This document shows positions 58,948 through 64,000 of a stretch of DNA of 64,000 bases, in pieces. The stretch is taken from contig CACMUL010000001.1 of assembly GCA_902616855.1 (NCBI GenBank), forward strand, positions 132,137 to 196,136, read 5' to 3'. How positions within the stretch are numbered: position 1 is the stretch's first letter; the number at the start of each line of letters is the position of its first letter. The notes under the pieces are model-generated. The model searched no databases. It saw only the letters and a program-made list of their open reading frames with translations, and had not been told where the DNA came from. The translations under genes were made by a program, and so were the position numbers. The DNA comes from an uncultured Alphaproteobacteria bacterium (GTDB lineage: Bacteria > Pseudomonadota > Alphaproteobacteria > HIMB59).

Positions 58948-60594
58948 ATGTCTAAAAGAATTTTTATTGATGGTAAAATCAATAGTGAATTATGTATCAT
59001 TGCAGCCGATGCCCAAGAAATCAACTATTTTGACTATTCAGATAATTTAGCCAATAGTAGAAAAAACAATATCTACCTTGGTATTGTTTCTAGAGTTGAG
59101 CCCTCTCTTCAAGCAGCATTTATTGAGTTTGGCTCTGAAAAAAAAGCATTTTTACCATTTGATGAAATTCACCCTAGTTATTTTAAATTACCTCATAATG
59201 AGAAGGTGCTTGTAAATAAAAATAAAGAAAATAATGAATTAGATGACGAGAAGGAAAGTAAAAAACATTTTTTATCTTTTTATCGAAAATATAAAATTCA
59301 AGATGTAATAAAAAAAGATCAAGTACTTTTAATTCAAATAGTTAAAGAAGAGAGAGGAACTAAAGGTGCAGCAATAACCACTTTTATATCTTTACCCGGA
59401 AGATATAGTGTTTTATTACCAAATAATTCCTCTAATGGTGGGGTTTCAAAAAAAATTTCTAATCCACTTGATAGAAAGAGATTAAAAAAATTACATGATA
59501 ATTTTAATTTACCAGATGGTATGTCCTTAATAATCAGGACTAATGCTATATCTGCAGAAAACGAAGATATAACTGCTGATTTTAATTATTTGAGAAAGTT
59601 ATGGACTAAAATAAGAGAAGATACATTAAAATCCAAAGCCCCAGTATTAATAATGGAATTAGACACACCTATTATAAAAGTAGCAAGAGATTTTAATCAA
59701 AGAGCTATTGAGGAAATTGTTTTTTCAGATTTAGCAACTATGAAGCAATACAAAAAATTAGAAAAAGATTTTAGTGTTAAATCAAATAAAAAAATTACTC
59801 ATCATAAAGATAAACTTCCTCTTTTTGAGACTTATGGAATTAAAAATCCGATAAATATTATGATGGAGGAAAATATTTATTTAAAGTCTGGAGGGTATTT
59901 AGTAATAAATCCTACTGAAGCACTTACAAGTATAGATATAAATTCTGGACGTGCGACATCAGAAAAAAATATTGAGATTACAGCTTTAAATACAAATTTA
60001 GAAGCAAGTGATGAAATATTTAGACAGATACAATTGAGAAACATAGCTGGACTAATTGTAATTGATTTTATTGATATGAATATTAACGCGAATAATTCAA
60101 AAGTTGAAAGAAGAATAAAAGAACTGTTTTACAAAGATAAATCAAGAGTTCAAATAACAAAGATTTCACAATTTGGTTTAATGGAAATATCAAGACAAAG
60201 AATTGGTCAGAGTATTTATGAAACTTTTTATAATAAGTGTGATTGCTGTGATGGAAGTGGTTTCAAAAAAAATGACTCAATAATAATTTACAGTATAATT
60301 TCTAATATAAAGGGTATAAATGCACTTGAAAGTAAAGATAACGTTCAAATTGATATTGATGAAAAATTTTATAATAAAAATAAAAAAGAAATTCTTAAGA
60401 AAATTGATTCAATGAAATTATCTTTTAATGTCAGTTTCATTACAAAATCTATACCTAAAAATGTTTTTGAATTTAACCAAGATTTGTTAAACAAAGTCAA
60501 AAATAATAATAATGAAATAATTGAAAAAAATAAGACTTTAGATTTAAAAACTGAAAAATCTTATCGTAGAAAAATTAAAAAAAAAAATAATTGA
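58948..60594 (+). CDS. rne: Rne/Rng family ribonuclease
   Basis: NIYLG..RVEPSLQAAF, KEERGTKGA, IDINSG, IVIDFIDM and a CxxC zinc link; short C-terminus. Confidence 0.9.
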   Translation: MSKRIFIDGKINSELCIIAADAQEINYFDYSDNLANSRKNNIYLGIVSRVEPSLQAAFIEFGSEKKAFLPFDEIHPSYFKLPHNEKVLVNKNKENNELDDEKESKKHFLSFYRKYKIQDVIKKDQVLLIQIVKEERGTKGAAITTFISLPGRYSVLLPNNSSNGGVSKKISNPLDRKRLKKLHDNFNLPDGMSLIIRTNAISAENEDITADFNYLRKLWTKIREDTLKSKAPVLIMELDTPIIKVARDFNQRAIEEIVFSDLATMKQYKKLEKDFSVKSNKKITHHKDKLPLFETYGIKNPINIMMEENIYLKSGGYLVINPTEALTSIDINSGRATSEKNIEITALNTNLEASDEIFRQIQLRNIAGLIVIDFIDMNINANNSKVERRIKELFYKDKSRVQITKISQFGLMEISRQRIGQSIYETFYNKCDCCDGSGFKKNDSIIIYSIISNIKGINALESKDNVQIDIDEKFYNKNKKEILKKIDSMKLSFNVSFITKSIPKNVFEFNQDLLNKVKNNNNEIIEKNKTLDLKTEKSYRRKIKKKNN

Positions 60595-61739
60595 AATTTA
60601 AGTTTAAATTTATTTTTACAATTTTTTTTTTATCTTACTTTAGTTGTTCATATTGCTATGAAATTATAAGAGACCCTATTTTTGAGAATTATTTATATAA
60701 TATAAATAAAGAATTGAAATTAAATACTGTAAATACTTTTTTAATTAAGAGTAATAATGCAAATGCTTTTGTGCTTAATAATAATATATATATAACTACT
60801 AAATTATTAGAAGAAATCAATCAAGAGGATACACTCAAAGCCATTTTTTTACATGAATATGGTCACATAATAAATAATCATTTAAATTCAAAAAACATCG
60901 AGATAGAACAGACACATAGCATTAGTGTTTTTTATAATTTATTTTCAATTGGTATGGCAGCACTAACAAAAAATACAAACATAGGTGTAGGTACATCAAT
61001 TAGTTTAAATAGTACACTTGTAGATAAATTATCTAAACACTCTATTAATTTTGAAATAGAAGCGGATAATTTCATGACTAAACAGATTATTAAAAATGAA
61101 ATTAATACTCAGGAATTGATTTCATTTTTGAATAAAATTGAAAATCAAAATAATATTTACTTTAGATCTCATCCCAGAACAGAAGATAGAATTAATAATC
61201 TAAAAGAATTGAACTATAAGAAAAAAGAAAATTCAAATATATTTGAATGGATAAAGTCTAAGTATTCGCAAAATTCTAAAAAAAATAATTTTAATATATT
61301 TTTCGAAAATCTTGAAAAAGGTATTTTTGATCAAAATGAGAATTTTGAAAAAGTAAATAAATCCTTAGTTCAATACGAAGCTTTTAAAAAAGGATTTTTT
61401 GTAGATAATTGGGAAATTGATTTTCAAAACTTATTAAAAATAAATAATAGCTCTTTTTTAAAAATAGAATACATAAATTACTTATTAGATAATAATTTAG
61501 AACACAAATACAAAGTTATAGATAAATTAAAATTTGATAAAAGTATAATGAGTGAATATTTTTATAATTTTATTTTTGGCAAGTATTATGACAAAATAGG
61601 AAAAAAAGACCTTGCAAATTTTTATTTATGTCAATTTTATAACTCTATAAAATCCAAAAATAAAGCTGATTTTTTTTGTAAAAAATATGATATTAAAGAT
61701 ATTCCAATATTAGATAAATCATATGCCTTATTTAAATAG
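60591..61739 (+). CDS. M48 family metalloprotease (BepA-like)
   Basis: Signal peptide, NAF, HEYGH, EIEAD and SHP..EDRI. Confidence 0.8.
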   Translation: MKFKFKFIFTIFFLSYFSCSYCYEIIRDPIFENYLYNINKELKLNTVNTFLIKSNNANAFVLNNNIYITTKLLEEINQEDTLKAIFLHEYGHIINNHLNSKNIEIEQTHSISVFYNLFSIGMAALTKNTNIGVGTSISLNSTLVDKLSKHSINFEIEADNFMTKQIIKNEINTQELISFLNKIENQNNIYFRSHPRTEDRINNLKELNYKKKENSNIFEWIKSKYSQNSKKNNFNIFFENLEKGIFDQNENFEKVNKSLVQYEAFKKGFFVDNWEIDFQNLLKINNSSFLKIEYINYLLDNNLEHKYKVIDKLKFDKSIMSEYFYNFIFGKYYDKIGKKDLANFYLCQFYNSIKSKNKADFFCKKYDIKDIPILDKSYALFK

Positions 61740-62715
61740 AGAGCAAATTTTAAAACTGGTAAAAAATAAACAAATCATCTCGGATAAGTCTATAGAAAAT
61801 AATCAAATACAACCTGCATCACTTGATTTAACTTTATCTAATAAATGTTATAGAATAAAAGCATCATTTATTCCTAATAATATAAAAATATCAAAAGTTA
61901 TAAAAGAGTTATCTCTTACAAAAATAAATTTAAATCAAAATAGTCTTTTAGAAAAAAATTGTATTTATCTTTGTGAATTAAATGAAAAATTAAAATTACC
62001 ATTTGATATAATGGGGAAATCAAATCCAAAAAGCACAACAGGACGTTTGGATATATTTACTAGAGTTATAACTGAAAATGGAAAAAAATATGATTTTGTA
62101 AATTATAATTATAACGGTAAGTTATATTTAGAAATAATTCCTCAATCTTTTAGTATTATTGTAAAAAAAAATATTTCATTAAATCAAATAAGATTTTTTC
62201 AAGGCTCAAATAATCATTATAAAATTAAACAATATAATTTATCAGTATCTATAAAAAAAAATCAAATTACTGCTTATAAAGCAAAAAAAATCACATCAGC
62301 AATTGATTTAAGTAAAATTAATTACTATATAGCGAATAGATATTGGGAAGAAATAATACCAAAAGAAAATTATTTCATCATTGAAAAAGATGAATTTTAT
62401 ATTCTAAGATCTAAAGAGTCGATTAAAATAAAAAATAACCAAGCAGCAGAATTAGAACCTTTCAAAGATAGTTTTGGAAACTTCAGAGTTCATTATGCTG
62501 GTTTTTTTGATCCAGGGTTTGGTAATAGTAGATTGGGCACGCCAGCAGTTCTTGAATTACGCGCCTATGATACTCCATTTATAATAAGAGATGGGCAACT
62601 AGTTGGTCAGTTAAATTATTATGGAATAGATGAAATAAAAAAAAATCCCTATGGAGTTAAAATTAAGTCAAATTACTTTAATCAAAATTTAAAACTAGCA
62701 AAACAGTTTAAATAA
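61723..62715 (+). CDS. dcd: dCTP deaminase (alphaproteobacterial long form)
   Basis: QIQPASLDL, NPKSTTGRLDIFTR and FRVHYAGFFDPGFG. Confidence 0.87.
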   Translation: MPYLNREQILKLVKNKQIISDKSIENNQIQPASLDLTLSNKCYRIKASFIPNNIKISKVIKELSLTKINLNQNSLLEKNCIYLCELNEKLKLPFDIMGKSNPKSTTGRLDIFTRVITENGKKYDFVNYNYNGKLYLEIIPQSFSIIVKKNISLNQIRFFQGSNNHYKIKQYNLSVSIKKNQITAYKAKKITSAIDLSKINYYIANRYWEEIIPKENYFIIEKDEFYILRSKESIKIKNNQAAELEPFKDSFGNFRVHYAGFFDPGFGNSRLGTPAVLELRAYDTPFIIRDGQLVGQLNYYGIDEIKKNPYGVKIKSNYFNQNLKLAKQFK

Positions 62716-62766
62716 TTATTAATATAGGAGTTTTATTTTGTCACCCATAAGGTTATATTATAAAAT

Positions 62767-63201
62767 ATGTTAGATAAAAAAATAAACCATGTAATTGACC
62801 TTTTGATTAAAAAAATTAAGGATAATAACTTAGGGTCAATTAAATTTTCAAATAAAACAAACACCATTGAAATATCTAATAATCCTATAATCAATAACCA
62901 TAGTCAAAATACTCAAGATTTTTCAACTATTAATAATCAAAATATACAAAATGATAGTGAATCAAGTTTATTAAGTATTGATAGTCCTATGGTTGGAATT
63001 GTATATTTAACGCCAAAACCAAGCTCCCCACCTTTCGCAAAAAAAGGGCAAAAAATTAAAAAGGGAGACACAATATGCTTAATAGAAGCAATGAAAACCT
63101 TTAATGAAATTAAATCTGAAAGAGATTGTACAATAAAGACAGTAATGATCAAAAATGGAGATGCTGTTGAATTTGGTCAACCTCTCTTTGAAATATCGTA
63201 A
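62767..63201 (+). CDS. accB: Acetyl-CoA carboxylase biotin carboxyl carrier protein
   Basis: SPMVG, IEAMK (biotinyl Lys) and VEFGQPLF. Confidence 0.93.
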   Translation: MLDKKINHVIDLLIKKIKDNNLGSIKFSNKTNTIEISNNPIINNHSQNTQDFSTINNQNIQNDSESSLLSIDSPMVGIVYLTPKPSSPPFAKKGQKIKKGDTICLIEAMKTFNEIKSERDCTIKTVMIKNGDAVEFGQPLFEIS

Positions 63202-64000
63202 TTGTTCAAAAAAATATTAGTCGCTAACAGAGGGGAAATTGCCGTACGCATTATACGAGCATGTAAAGAGCTTAATATCAAAACAGTTGCTATTCATTCT
63301 GATGTAGATACAGACTCTATGCATGTAAAATTAGCAGATGAAAGTATCTGTGTAGGTGGTGCACTACCTAATAATAGTTATTTAAATATTCCGAGTATTA
63401 TTAGCGCTATTGATATCACAGGAGCTGATGCTGTTCACCCAGGATATGGTTTTTTAAGTGAAAATGATAAATTTGCAAAAATATTAGACTCTCATAAAGT
63501 TAAATTTATTGGTCCTTCATCAAAATCTATTTTAGATTTAGGTAATAAAAGTAATGCTTTGAAATTAGCTTCTCAATTTAACTTACCTATTTTAGGAAAT
63601 AAAAATACAAAAAATATAAATAATACCAATGAGGCATTAATTATAGCTGATGAAATTGGTATGCCCATTGTTATAAAAGCTGCTTATGGTGGTGGTGGCA
63701 AAGGTATGAGAGTATTTAATAATAATAGTGAAATAAATAGTTATTTTTCTCAATTAAAAGCAGAAGCAAAAAATTATTTTGGTAATGACACAATGTACGC
63801 TGAAAAATTTCTTACAAATGCAAAACATATTGAATTTCAAGTAATATCGGATCCAAAAAATAATTATGCAGAAATAATCGGGCAAAGAGATTGTTCTATT
63901 CAACGTAAAAATCAAAAAATAATAGAGGAAATACCATCTAAATTTGTAGAAATAAATAATATTAAAACAATAGAAGAAAATATAAAAAAATTGCTACTTG
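63202..64000 (+). CDS. accC: Biotin carboxylase (partial, runs off window)
   Basis: TTG start, MFKKILVANRGEIA, HPGYGFLSEN, KAAYGGGGKGMR and RDCSIQR. Confidence 0.93.
   Translation, partial: MFKKILVANRGEIAVRIIRACKELNIKTVAIHSDVDTDSMHVKLADESICVGGALPNNSYLNIPSIISAIDITGADAVHPGYGFLSENDKFAKILDSHKVKFIGPSSKSILDLGNKSNALKLASQFNLPILGNKNTKNINNTNEALIIADEIGMPIVIKAAYGGGGKGMRVFNNNSEINSYFSQLKAEAKNYFGNDTMYAEKFLTNAKHIEFQVISDPKNNYAEIIGQRDCSIQRKNQKIIEEIPSKFVEINNIKTIEENIKKLLL

Noticed and set aside
644-63152. Short ORF-track entries antisense to or nested within larger genes (e.g. 644, 2959, 6870, 7742, 10068, 14278, 15762, 16057, 17027, 17919, 21023, 26432, 26767, 27606, 27868, 29329, 31649, 34978, 35007, 36604, 37118, 38271, 45509, 49952, 51718, 58835, 62937)
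   Set aside because: Shadow ORFs of better-supported genes, with no motifs of their own.
1-64000. CRISPR arrays, IS elements, rRNA, recognisable riboswitches, defence systems
   Set aside because: No regularly spaced repeats, transposase or cas ORFs, or matching structured motifs were seen by eye. Poly-A/T runs reflect Lys/Phe codons in an AT-rich genome.

Overview
AT-rich, very gene-dense chromosomal segment from a streamlined alphaproteobacterium. A SAR11/HIMB59-like marine lineage is inferred from composition and gene order, not established. The backbone is housekeeping: coaD-gyrA-ssb/uvrA, secDF-yajC, serS-tatCBA-scpBA-nagZ-argS-dgt, erpA-xth, ilvD-valS-pcm, frameshifted prfB-mrcA/rne, dcd-accBC. 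There are three tRNAs (Lys, Cys, Asn). The most notable observations are: (1) a 2.4 kb integrase-less element in tRNA-Lys, bounded by a perfect 51 bp duplication, with the same TGGTTCA repeat architecture inside both ends and one secreted-protein cargo gene; (2) a seven-gene cluster for an unknown GTP-derived metabolite next to tRNA-Cys (GTP cyclohydrolase II, RibD reductase-only, creatininase-like, SCO6650-like PTPS, dehydrogenase, glycosyltransferase, methyltransferase); (3) an unannotated 48-aa membrane microprotein in the ftsN slot that looks like an FtsN without its SPOR domain, with amiC and nlpD also absent from their usual loci; (4) a MocD-like desaturase coupled to a PanB homolog with altered catalytic residues and a DUF1800/DUF1501 pair. 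All family calls come from motif recognition by eye; no searches were run.
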